Assembly: GCA_049724395.1 (NCBI GenBank)
Contig: JAUGWO010000131.1
Coordinates: 1-64,000 of the forward strand
DNA: 64,000 nt
Direction of reading: 5' to 3'
Source: Spongospora subterranea f. sp. subterranea
Taxonomy: Eukaryota
The stretch's first letter is position 1, and each line of letters opens with the position of its first letter. The translations under genes and the position numbers were made by a program. Positions 1 through 9,295 of this stretch are shown piece by piece. A model generated the notes under the pieces. It made no database searches, was not told where the DNA came from, and saw only the letters and a program-made list of their open reading frames with translations.

Positions 1-828
1 TTGGCCACACACCTGGCAATGTTTGAGCAACACCTATAGCCGTGTGTACAAGTTGAGATATTGCAAGCACCCAACTTATTTTGCTCAGAACTGATCGCAG
101 AAAACATTTTGACAACACCAATTACTGAAAGTCATAAAGAGGAATTAACACACTTTTCGATTCTTTGTTCCCTGCATTGATCAGTATGATGGGAAGCAAA
201 GAACCCAATTCAACTAACCAGGCCGATCGAAATAGGATGAACATTTCCAATGATGAACAAAGGAGAGTTTTTGTCCTAGAAAGGGTGTACCGGTAACCAT
301 AAACTGTGTACGTTCAACGACGTTCTAATGTCACTAACGGCCTGCTTGTGATGCTGAAGGAATAAATGAAATAATTTCTCCAACGCAGATCCTCAAATTC
401 TCTTCTTGAGCTTGCGAAGGTCCCGATTGATCCGATAGGTTAATCTGGCCAGCGAAGTAAGCCAGTGACCAGTTATTCACATACAAAATCGACCTCATGT
501 TTAATGATGGAAGAGCTCCAACCGTTAAAACCAAAAATAGAATTGGCAAGCCAGTGCTCAAACACAACTTGACCAGCTAAATAAGCGTGACCTGGTCCTA
601 TAAATCACCATAAAAATTGGACTCAAAGGAACACGAACATATCAAAACAACAACCAATGATGTATGCTCCAACAAGAAGACTCACCATTTGACCCGCCTG
701 TTGGTTTATAGGACATCATCGTATGACTTGGGCGTTTGTTAAGCCTCTCGGTGATCCGTCTTTTCTCGTCATCACTGTACGAGAATCGAGTCCCATCAAT
801 ATTCATCAATATATCATTTATGGTTTGA
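1..828. repeat. Direct repeat copy A of an ~825 bp segment (copy B 3618-4439)
   Basis: Bases 1-828 match 3618-4439 almost exactly. The visible difference is a 6-nt indel (ggcaagCCAGTGctcaaac vs ggcaagctcaaac). Copy A runs off the window start. Confidence 0.95.
334..828 (-). pseudogene. RAD52-family N-terminal fragment, 5'-truncated copy
   Basis: Same spliced reading as 3951-4447 (QTINDILMNIDG...GGSNG|PGHAYLAGQVVFEHWLANSIFGFNGWSSSIIKHEVDF|INLS...ICVG). It lacks the MAS start and carries an in-frame 6-nt insertion. Confidence 0.8.
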
Positions 829-875
829 ATAATAACACGGAATAAATACCAGTTCATGTTAACATGAGGAACCCT

Positions 876-985
876 ACACTGTACTCATCACATCACCACT
901 GCCATGTGGGGGCCACAATGTACACTGTACACGTCCCCACTGCCATGTGAGGGATACACTGTACACATCACCACTGCCGTGTGGG
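876..985. repeat. Three short imperfect tandem repeats (tacactgtac...ccactgccrtgtg)
   Basis: ccactgccatgtg, ccactgccatgtg and ccactgccgtgtg, each preceded by tacactgtac, spaced roughly 35-40 nt apart. Confidence 0.8.
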
Positions 986-1064
986 TGCCGCCACGACTAT
1001 AGACTCAATGTGGATCCAAATTGATCCAACACTGGGCGAAGTCACTTGAAAATGGGGGCCCAGA

Positions 1065-1133
1065 AAAGACTGGCCACTTTAACTGGCCATTTCGAAAAAG
1101 TGCGCGGATGGCCAGTTAAAGTGGCCAGTCTTT
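1065..1133. repeat. Perfect 26-bp inverted repeat with 17-nt loop
   Basis: aaagactggccactttaactggccat (1065-1090) is the reverse complement of atggccagttaaagtggccagtcttt (1108-1133). Confidence 0.95.
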
Positions 1134-1203
1134 GTACTATAGATACGAGAATAGACTGGCAACAAACTGATTGTGGCTCTTGGTCAATATATATTGGGTA
1201 CGT

Positions 1204-1375
1204 TGAATTCACTGGCTTGATTCACTGGCCGCACTTTTTCAAGCCAGTGAATTCAATATCTTGGTATGAGCAGTGAATTCACTGGCTTGATTCACTGGCT
1301 TGACGCATTTATCTGAGCCATGAATCATGCCAGGTCGAATTCACTGCTATACCAAGATATTGAAATCACTGGCTT
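1204..1375. repeat. Cluster of ttcactggc motifs in direct and inverted orientation
   Basis: tgaattcactggcttgattcactggc occurs at ~1204 and ~1274. aagccagtgaattcaatatcttggtat (~1241) pairs with ataccaagatattgaaatcactggctt (~1349). Confidence 0.85.
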
Positions 1376-1734
1376 ACTTCGCTGGCCAGATTAACCTATC
1401 GGATCAATCGGGACCTTCGCAAGCTCAAGAAGAGAATTTGAGGATCTGCGTTGGAGAAATTATTTCATTTATTCCTTCAGCATCACAAGCAGGCCGTTAG
1501 TGACATTAGAACGTCGTTGAACGTACACAGTTTATGGTATGGTTACCGGTCGTTGAACGTACACAGTTTACGGTTACCGGTACACCCTTTCTAGGACAAA
1601 AACCCTCCTTTGTTCATCATTGGATATTACCGGCGACCTCAAGAATATGCACAAGATGCACATCCAGTGCAACTGTACTATGTACTATTTCGATCGGCCT
1701 GTTTAGTTGAATTGGGTTCTTTGCTTCCCATCAT
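1367..1734. repeat. Inverted, internally rearranged copy of ~185-467 (and ~3802-4084)
   Basis: cactggcttacttcgctggccagattaacc...gaacgtacacagtttatggt is the reverse complement of ~296-467. Further matches continue to cttcccatcata, interrupted by a small tandem duplication and an insertion. Confidence 0.9.
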
Positions 1735-1779
1735 AATTGTATTTTCGTGCTCAATGCGGGGAACAAAAAGTCGAAAGGT

Positions 1780-2416
1780 GTGGGATATTCACGAGTTCAA
1801 CATCAAGCAGTTCGAATTCTTTCCACCTGATGCAGATCAGCATCTACCCGATGCTGATAAAGTTCCGTTTGCTATCAATGGCAACTGTTGTTACCGGTTT
1901 GAGTCAATGTCTGTCAAACCCAACCTAATGTCCCGGTTCAGCCACTGGCAATGGCGTTGTACTCGATCGAATTATATTCCTGTTGGGGAAAACCCGAAAG
2001 GAATTTCGGTAACCTACAAGAGGTGCTGTGGGGTGTTATTGTGTACCAATGGTGATTGTGCGGTTCGCATGCGGCCAAACCAGAACTACCCGACAAGGGT
2101 AACTGGCATGTAAGTGTGATTACATCTGCTATGAGACCTCATCTCAATGTCCTGCTGTAGGTGCCCTGTTTGTTCGATGGAATTGCGACATCAAATCCTT
2201 GTGAATGCGCCATTATGTGGGTGCAACACTTCGTGAAAGATCGCTGTATCATAATTCATGATGGGAATCATGAACATAAAATACCTCACGTCAAGAAACC
2301 CGACCACTACGGGAAGCAGGCGTTGAAGGACATTGTCATGGCAGCTCCAAGAAGGACCGCACAGCAATTGTTAGTCCCTACTCCAGGAACCAACGCAGAG
2401 TCGGTTCGTCTTACGC
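1780..2416 (+). mobile_element. GCM (WRKY-GCM1 superfamily) zinc-finger domain, copy 1, probable transposase N-terminus (degenerate)
   Basis: WQWRCTRSN...YKRCCGVLLCTNGDCAVRMRP, then an intron ending ctgtag at ~2160, then CPVCSMELRH/(frameshift)PCECAIMW...IHDGNHEHKIP. This follows the GCM pattern W-x-R...K-x-C-x-GV-x2-C...C...RP...CxxC...C...G-x-H-x-H-x2-P. Confidence 0.75.
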
Positions 2417-2666
2417 ATGAGGGGATGGCAATACTAAGGAAGACTTGATTTCCTATATAAAGGTTATTTATATGGAAAAAACTGAGTAAATGTTATCGTA
2501 AATGTGCTTTCTTCCCTGGTCGAGGGTTCGTCAGTAGTTGCTGATCGAAATGGTCAGGCCTAATCCTCCTGGTAGCGATATTTACGATAACATTTACTCA
2601 GTTTTTTCCATATAAATAACCTTTATATAGGAAATCAAGTCTTCCTTACGATTGCCATCCCCTCAT
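2417..2666. repeat. Foldback: 87-bp inverted arms (2417-2503 / 2580-2666), 76-nt spacer
   Basis: atgaggggatggcaat...gttatcgtaaat and its reverse complement, with 2 mismatches seen. Confidence 0.95.
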
Positions 2667-3074
2667 CATAAGATAAAACCCGTTTACTGTGCTCAACCAG
2701 ATTTTGCTGGAATGTCCACAAGATATGCAGGCTTTGTGGTCATTCCATTTTCGGGTTTGAATCGTAGGCATTATACGTTGATCGTAACTAAGTCATGGCT
2801 GATATAGCGTAAAATGATTTGCTGGAACAATCACGTTCAACCAAGCTTGAGAACTGCTTTGACAATGTGGCCAATCCTTGTATGCAGCACTGATTAATTC
2901 TCCATATTGTTTTCCTTGACCGCATCGATATTTTCAATACATCACTGAGTGGATGGTCGAACAGGCAGCCGAATCATCCTTACAGGCGGTCTTGGATGTA
3001 TTGATGAACGACGGTGCGTACGAGGAGACAGACAGAAGATGTTATGATCCAGGCTGCGATCAAGTATAAGCAAA

Positions 3075-3451
3075 ATGGGTGCCTGCAATCTCTCAACTTA
3101 TGCACATGGCTATAGGTGTTGCTAAAAGATGCTCGGTGTGTGGTGAAGATACCGGACAAAATCATGTTCGTCGAATTACCGCAAGATTTAATGTCAGCGG
3201 AAATTGACTGTAATTTGATTCTGAATGTTGGTGGCTGCAAATGGACGCAAGTAGGGCGCATTAGCGCCACACAACGTACCGGTATGCACTTTTACTCTCA
3301 TATACTACGAGCTGATGTGCCCATACCGGGCTGGTTTCATTATAATGATCTTGATAATGGCGGAAGGCCTGTACTTATCTCGCCGATCACCAATGGGCGT
3401 AAACAACTTTCTTTTTTCGTTTTCTACGTCAAAAATCCGGAGATAAACTGA
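3075..3451 (+). mobile_element. USP/C19-like cysteine peptidase C-terminal (His-box) fragment
   Basis: WTQVGRISATQRTGMHFYSHILR...GWFHYNDL...LSFFVFYVK resembles the USP His-box layout G-x-H-F/Y...W-x2-Y-N/D-D...L-x-Y. A diverged inverted paralog of its upstream part lies at ~3541-3690. Confidence 0.6.
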
Positions 3452-3617
3452 AAATTATTTCTTGTGTCTTTGTCTGCTATCTTTGATCATAAGCGCTTTT
3501 CAGGAAGGCCTTAGTCATACGCATATATGCTAGCTGCGTTAAATCAGATTACATTCTATTTCCGATGTCATTAAGCCTTGTAGTATTTCGATAAAAAAAC
3601 ATGATCTGTCCGGCAGT

Positions 3618-4439
3618 TTGGCCACACACCTGGCAATGTTTGAGCAACACCTATAGCCGTGTGTACAAGTTGAGATATTGCAAGCACCCAACTTATTTTG
3701 CTCAGAACTGATCGCAGAAAACATTTTGACAACACCAATTACTGAAAGTCATAAAGAGGAATTAACACACTTTTCGATTCTTTGTTCCCTGCATTGATCA
3801 GTATGATGGGAAGCAAAGAACCCAATTCAACTAACCAGGCCGATCGAAATAGGATGAACATTTCCAATGATGAACAAAGGAGAGTTTTTGTCCTAGAAAG
3901 GGTGTACCGGTAACCATAAACTGTGTACGTTCAACGACGTTCTAATGTCACTAACGGCCTGCTTGTGATGCTGAAGGAATAAATGAAATAATTTCTCCAA
4001 CGCAGATCCTCAAATTCTCTTCTTGAGCTTGCGAAGGTCCCGATTGATCCGATAGGTTAATCTGGCCAGCGAAGTAAGCCAGTGACCAGTTATTCACATA
4101 CAAAATCGACCTCATGTTTAATGATGGAAGAGCTCCAACCGTTAAAACCAAAAATAGAATTGGCAAGCTCAAACACAACTTGACCAGCTAAATAAGCGTG
4201 ACCTGGTCCTATAAATCACCATAAAAATTGGACTCAAAGGAACACGAACATATCAAAACAACAACCAATGATGTATGCTCCAACAAGAAGACTCACCATT
4301 TGACCCGCCTGTTGGTTTATAGGACATCATCGTATGACTTGGGCGTTTGTTAAGCCTCTCGGTGATCCGTCTTTTCTCGTCATCACTGTACGAGAATCGA
4401 GTCCCATCAATATTCATCAATATATCATTTATGGTTTGA
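3618..4439. repeat. Direct repeat copy B of 1-828
   Basis: Near-identical to 1-828 (offset 3617, then 3611 after the indel). Confidence 0.95.
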
Positions 4440-4447
4440 CTGGCCAT
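3951..4447 (-). pseudogene. RAD52: RAD52/Rad22-family single-strand annealing protein, spliced N-terminal part, 3'-truncated
   Basis: Exons 4447-4297, 4208-4102 and 4061-~3996 join by phase-consistent GT-AG introns. They give MASQ...FSYSDDEKRRITERLNKRPSHTMMSYKPTGGSNGPGHAYLAGQVVFELANSIFGFNGWSSSIIKHEVDFINLS...LRICVG, matching the Rad52 signature YxxGxxVxxLANxxFGF/YNGW...VDF. The downstream VRVxLKDGxxHEDxGxG part is absent. Confidence 0.85.
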
Positions 4448-4541
4448 TGTGGATTTTCGGATTATTATATACACCTGAGTGTATGCAATTCATGTTCCGG
4501 ACTTGCCGTGTTTCGCGTCGCATTTCTGTCTATTTCAGGTG

Positions 4542-5236
4542 ATGGATGTCGACGAGGTCAACCTCAGCTGGTCAATATCCAATTTCACTGGGGTCGACTT
4601 CAACTCCAATCCGGTGAAATATTTATCGAACCATCATCCAGATTGCGACGGGGTTCCTTTGCGCCCAAATGAAGGTGCACGTTTTTTTTTGAACACGCGG
4701 CATCAAAACCCAATATGGTTGCCAACTATTCTGAATGGCAGTGGCGAGTAACAAAGACACGATACTGGCCATTATTGGACAGAAAAAGAGCTGTCAAAAT
4801 CATTTCGAAGATGTGCAACGGGGTTATTTCGTGCTCCAACGCCAAGTGTTCGTATTCTCTGCGTCCTAAACAGAATAATCCGGACTCATTCGACCATTCG
4901 TACTGCTGCAGTTTCATAGCAGGCGCATCTAAACTTTTATGCAGGTGTCACGTTTGTCTGGGTGAATTGACCCGTTTGAAATGCAATGCCAAATGCCGGT
5001 GGATTGAGGCTGCTTTCTGCAATAAAAGCGACGAACCCTGGGGTCTTCTGGGGAGAATATCTGCAACAACTGCCACAGGTGGGCATTTTTTCGTACACGT
5101 TAAAAGGGATGAACCGGGCAAGATGCCAGGATTCTATAATTACGATGACCTTACAAACGGAGGAAGGGCCGTTTTCGATGAGAAACCAATAAATTTCAAA
5201 GCCAATTCCGTTTATGTGGCGTACGGTAAAAAATAA
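4542..5236 (+). mobile_element. GCM domain copy 2 (divergent) fused by apparent internal deletion to a USP-like His-box
   Basis: WQWRVTKTRY...SKMCNGVISCSNAKCSYSLRP, a probable intron at the position seen in copy 1, then CHVCLGELTRLKC...RW. This runs directly into WGLLGRISATTATGGHFFVHVKR...GFYNYDDL...VYVAYGKK. There is a frameshift near 4690-4715. Confidence 0.7.
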
Positions 5237-5821
5237 GCATAAGGTTTCCTTATTAATGCCAACACGAATCGGATTGATGTTGTCAGCATTTAAGTGCCGC
5301 AGAAATTCTCCCCAACAGACCCCAGGATTCGTCGCCCAGAAGAACTTCATATAGAAAGGACAATCAATTGAAACACCAACGGGTACCCAAATATAGGTGA
5401 CATTTTTACAATACAATCAGGCCACGGGTGGGCAGTTTTTCGCAGGAAGAAAGGGGAAGTTTCCGATCTTATGCTGGCTTAAACTATTTCAAGTTAGTGG
5501 TAAATACAAATGGTTAACCTGAATATGTCTGCCTGAATGATGTGTTGAGGACAACGTTTTCTACGCGGGTGAGGAAAAAGGCGGTCGACGTTTGTCAGTA
5601 GTTCCCAGTTTTGTTCGCTGAACCGTGCGGTGACAATTGTTCATTCACGTAAAAAAGGGATGAACCCGGCAAGATGCCATGATTAAGCCAACTACGTTGA
5701 CACGGTACACTCAGGTGTATATGATAATATTTCAATTCCAAATCCACAATGGCCAGTCTTTTATAGCCCTCCCTTGAAAATACATCCAAATGTATATTGA
5801 TCTACTGTATTGTCACGTCCT

Positions 5822-6660
5822 TCATGATCGTAACCTAACGGATGAGGATATGATTGTCATCCTTATGGCGGCTACATTGCTTTCACCATTCTGCATGGAC
5901 TCTTCGGCACTCTCCAACCGGTCTTGGAGAGTTGTTAAAGAAATGTTCTCTTGATCATGTAGTGCTTCAATCACCGCAGGGAAGCGACCTCGGCAGCCCA
6001 CCATAAGGATGTCAATCATATCCTCATCCGGTAGGTTACGATCATGAAGCCTTAACTGATCCCTCAGTGATTGCTTCTCCCGGATGTACTCCAGGACGCC
6101 CTGCTCGCCCCCATCCGTACAGACCAAAACATAGCCTTTAACGTCGCCGGCTTGATGCGGCTACTTTTACCATACTTGATTTCTAACATTTGAATGAGAA
6201 GCGTGCAGGATTCGGTGTCATCAAATTGTGACCAGATCTGGGGCACCATCGCCAGTAGCAGGACACCTGCTAACTGTTTATCAGTTTCTTGGTCGACAAT
6301 TTCCAAAGTTAGGAACTTGGAGAGGCGGTATGTCTTGAAGGCCAACTTGACCGTCTTGAACCGATCGTTGTTCTTCTTTTAGCGCTTTATTCTTCGCATG
6401 AGTTAATCTTCGAAGAGCGAACTGAAGGATGATTGACAGATTCTTCATCCTTCAGTTTGCTCTTTGAAGATTAACTCATGCGAAGAATAAAGCGCTAAAA
6501 GAAGAACAACGAGCTCAAGCTAAAGCTGCTGGTAATACAGCACTGGTAGTTGTTTTCTCCTATCAGTTGGGGTTGTATAAGCAAGTTGAGCTTTGAAGGA
6601 TCAACTTCATTGCCGTTTCGCTTGCTGGTGTTGTTTCTGCCATATCTGGGCCCATAACCA
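5822..6660 (-). mobile_element. Ty1/copia LTR retrotransposon remnant: PBS plus frameshifted gag
   Basis: TGGTTATGGGCCCAG at 6660-6646 (minus) is the copia-type initiator-Met half-tRNA primer binding site, followed at once by an ATG. ORFs 6345-6064 and 6127-5822 (LEIKYGKSS...EYIREKQSLRDQLR...DEDMIDILMVG...FPAVIEAL...LQDRLESAEE) resemble copia Gag (UBN2-like). Confidence 0.8.
6365..6512. repeat. Foldback: 68-bp inverted arms (6365-6432 / 6445-6512), 12-nt loop, inside the copia gag
   Basis: tcgttgttcttcttttagcgc...actgaaggatga and its reverse complement, with 2 mismatches seen. Confidence 0.95.
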
Positions 6661-6899
6661 AACGAGTCCTTAAACCGAAATCCGGGATCAGTAAGAACGT
6701 AAATTTATCTATAGAAACATACTTCGGACCTCGTGTATACTAACGGCTACATGAAGTATCAAGGCAACCCTTAATATATTTCAACTAAAGTTGCAAAATC
6801 TAAATGTGTTTTTTATAACTGTGTTGAACTACATAATTTTTATTTCAGAAAAAATGGCCTCACAGCTACGTAAAAAAATCTTCATAGCCGGGATTATCC

Positions 6900-7250
6900 A
6901 GTTGTAATTGTCTTATGTGCTGCCGCAGACCGCTGCCCATTTCATCGGCCGCCGTTGCTTCCGGAACAGTGCCGGATCGAATTGTGAAATTGTGGATAGG
7001 GATCATCCCACGAATCCCACGACTTGCCACTGGTCTAATTCTTTACCCGTATCTGGAGAGTGCTTCACCTGTCTGCGTACAGTTTGGAAACGAATGTATC
7101 AGGTAATGTTACCTCAGTGTCAAGCCTGAGTACTGTACGTATATCCCCAGAGTCAAGTTCGAAAGGAATTTATGTTTCCGACTACCTCTCCCTTTCAAAA
7201 ACCTGAAAATTTGCGCCGAAAACGTTTCAATGTGTTTTCCAGTCAGGAGA
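6900..7250 (-). pseudogene. Possible PIF/Harbinger transposase C-terminal relic
   Basis: Broken minus-strand motifs HIE...FQVLKGR, FQTVRRQ and ...IHNFTI resemble Harbinger DDE_Tnp_4 (IE..FG.LKGRF..L; C..LHNF). Several stops and frameshifts are needed to read them. Confidence 0.3.
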
Positions 7251-7985
7251 GTAGCGTTAGAATGATAGCATAGACTGCGGTAACCATTGATCCTGCCAGG
7301 ACTCTAATAGAATATCTTTCGTTACTTGGGTTTAATCACAGGCCTTTGGACAGAAGGTGGTCATCATTATTGTAAAACAAAAAGGAGGTACTTACAAGGT
7401 CATTTGATCCGCATTGCTGACGACTCATCAAGCAAGGAGCCAAAACCGCTGTCATCATCTGATGATTCACCAATGGATTCAAAAAATGAGATTATCAATG
7501 CAGTAATAAAATGATCAAAAAAATATACCAGATCGCAACGGAGTCGATATAATAGTTCTCGCCCCGACTCCATCAACATCTGTAACTTGTTCGACGTCCA
7601 ACGAATATTAATTCGCGAAACCTCTGCTAAGCGGTCATGGCAACGTTTTGAACAAAATGTTGAGGAATGATTGGAGAGAATACCAGGCTGCAGCGGTTCA
7701 GAGGTGGCAGTCCTACCCTCGACAGCAACGCAAACCGTATAATGGTCGGGATTAAACGCGCTACTGATTTGCGCCACTACTATGTCGCCATGATGTCTAA
7801 TGTCAGATGATACGGTTGGGTCAAATCTCAAGACATTGCCAAATACGTACAGGTTAGAGTCTGGTTCGGCCTGACCAAAAATACGACTGGCTCGATATCG
7901 ACACTGTGATTTTCAAAAACAGGTCTCTTCCTCTTCAGAAAAACCATTGTAGAAATCACTGTTGCGGCGAAATTCGACATACCTA

Positions 7986-8203
7986 CCGTATTCCTCGGAG
8001 CTCTGTACCCCCCAAACCCTAAACTCCGTGAGAGGCTAGCGACATCATTATTAACGCTACATTTCCCGAAATATCTCTTTTGGATAGGGTATCGGATACC
8101 TTACAAGTTTCCCAGTGGGAAATTTACTGTATTTTACAATGCGTAGCTGTCGGGGCTTCACGGAGTTTAGGGTTTGGGGGGTACAGAGCTCCGAGGAATA
8201 CGG
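7986..8203. mobile_element. MITE, 218 bp, 46-bp perfect TIRs, TA target-site duplication (Tc1/mariner-pogo type ends)
   Basis: TA|ccgtattcctcggagctctgtaccccccaaaccctaaactccgtga ... tcacggagtttagggtttggggggtacagagctccgaggaatacgg|TA. Confidence 0.85.
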
Positions 8204-9295
8204 TAGGCGGTATCATCTCCATCGTCGGAACAAGTCTTGGCGCATGCCTAGGAGGGTGGCTAATCCCTTGGTCACATTGGTGGACAAGGGCCAGGAAGTG
8301 CTGCGCTTCCGATCGGATTTTATCGACAAAGACGGCGAGCGTCAGATGAGAGCTGAGAAAGAGCTTCTCATACTTAAGGTGATGGTTGGCAAAACTCGGG
8401 AAACTCTGTAAACAATCCTCAATGAAGGCAAAATCCTTGAACACCGATTTCAGTGTGTGGAATAACAGTATCAGACTCTTTATCAAAATTTTTCACTGGA
8501 ACTTCGGTTTTGATGACTGATGGAGCTTCGGCTTTTGAGCGATATCATGATCAATGTCAGGCCAACGCAACGTTGAACTTTTAGATCCTGTAGAGATGCG
8601 TTTTCTTATACAAGTCCTCAACCCATTGTATGAGCCTCGTCTTTGACAGAAGCAGTGGTCTGAGCTCGAAAAATACGCAATGGCAATGGTTCTGTTCCTG
8701 ATGAGGCTATTCACCTTCACAGTTTCGGGACCATCAGTTTGTGCGTATTCTCGTTGGATTGTTGGTTTATCAAAATGTTAAACCATATTTGTTTAACATC
8801 GAAGGTGCGTTTGTATACTGTTGGGATACGGGTAACTGCTTTTACAGCGAACTGAACTTGTGGTCGCGTAGGCCACAGGCACGAAGGACAGAACGCATCA
8901 AGCGGCAAACCAGGCCCGTTATATTGCTAAAATACCAGTACCACATGTACATGACTAAGAATATGACAGATTCTCTTGATTTTCAGTCCACTTATCGCTG
9001 GTCAAACATGTTGTTTTGCTGATACTGATATATATATGGAGATGAAGGAGATATATCAGATATATCAACATCACTACAGATATTAATGGTGTAGTGACAT
9101 TGGAGGATTGAGGAATAGGTCGATTAATATACAATGGGATCTGTCCGGTATTGTGTTCCCCAATTGAATCAACAGTTGGGACCGGGTTCAATTGGGTATT
9201 TCGCAGTCCGCAGCAGATGATTGCCAACCAAAGGGCCAGTAGATGGGCTGGGTAAATTACCCCCAATCTCTGACGATCCTCCTTAATTCCTCATC

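Noticed and set aside
334..567. ORFs 334-567 and 3951-4178 as duplicated small secreted proteins
   Set aside because: Their hydrophobic start is an off-frame reading of the RAD52 exon, and they read through an intron.
876..985. Spaced short repeats as a CRISPR-like array
   Set aside because: Only three imperfect units with short, mutually similar spacers, in a eukaryotic context with no cas genes.
1148..1198. IDWQQTDCGSW as a Ulp1/C48 protease catalytic motif
   Set aside because: Too short, with non-canonical spacing and no supporting His/Asp region visible.
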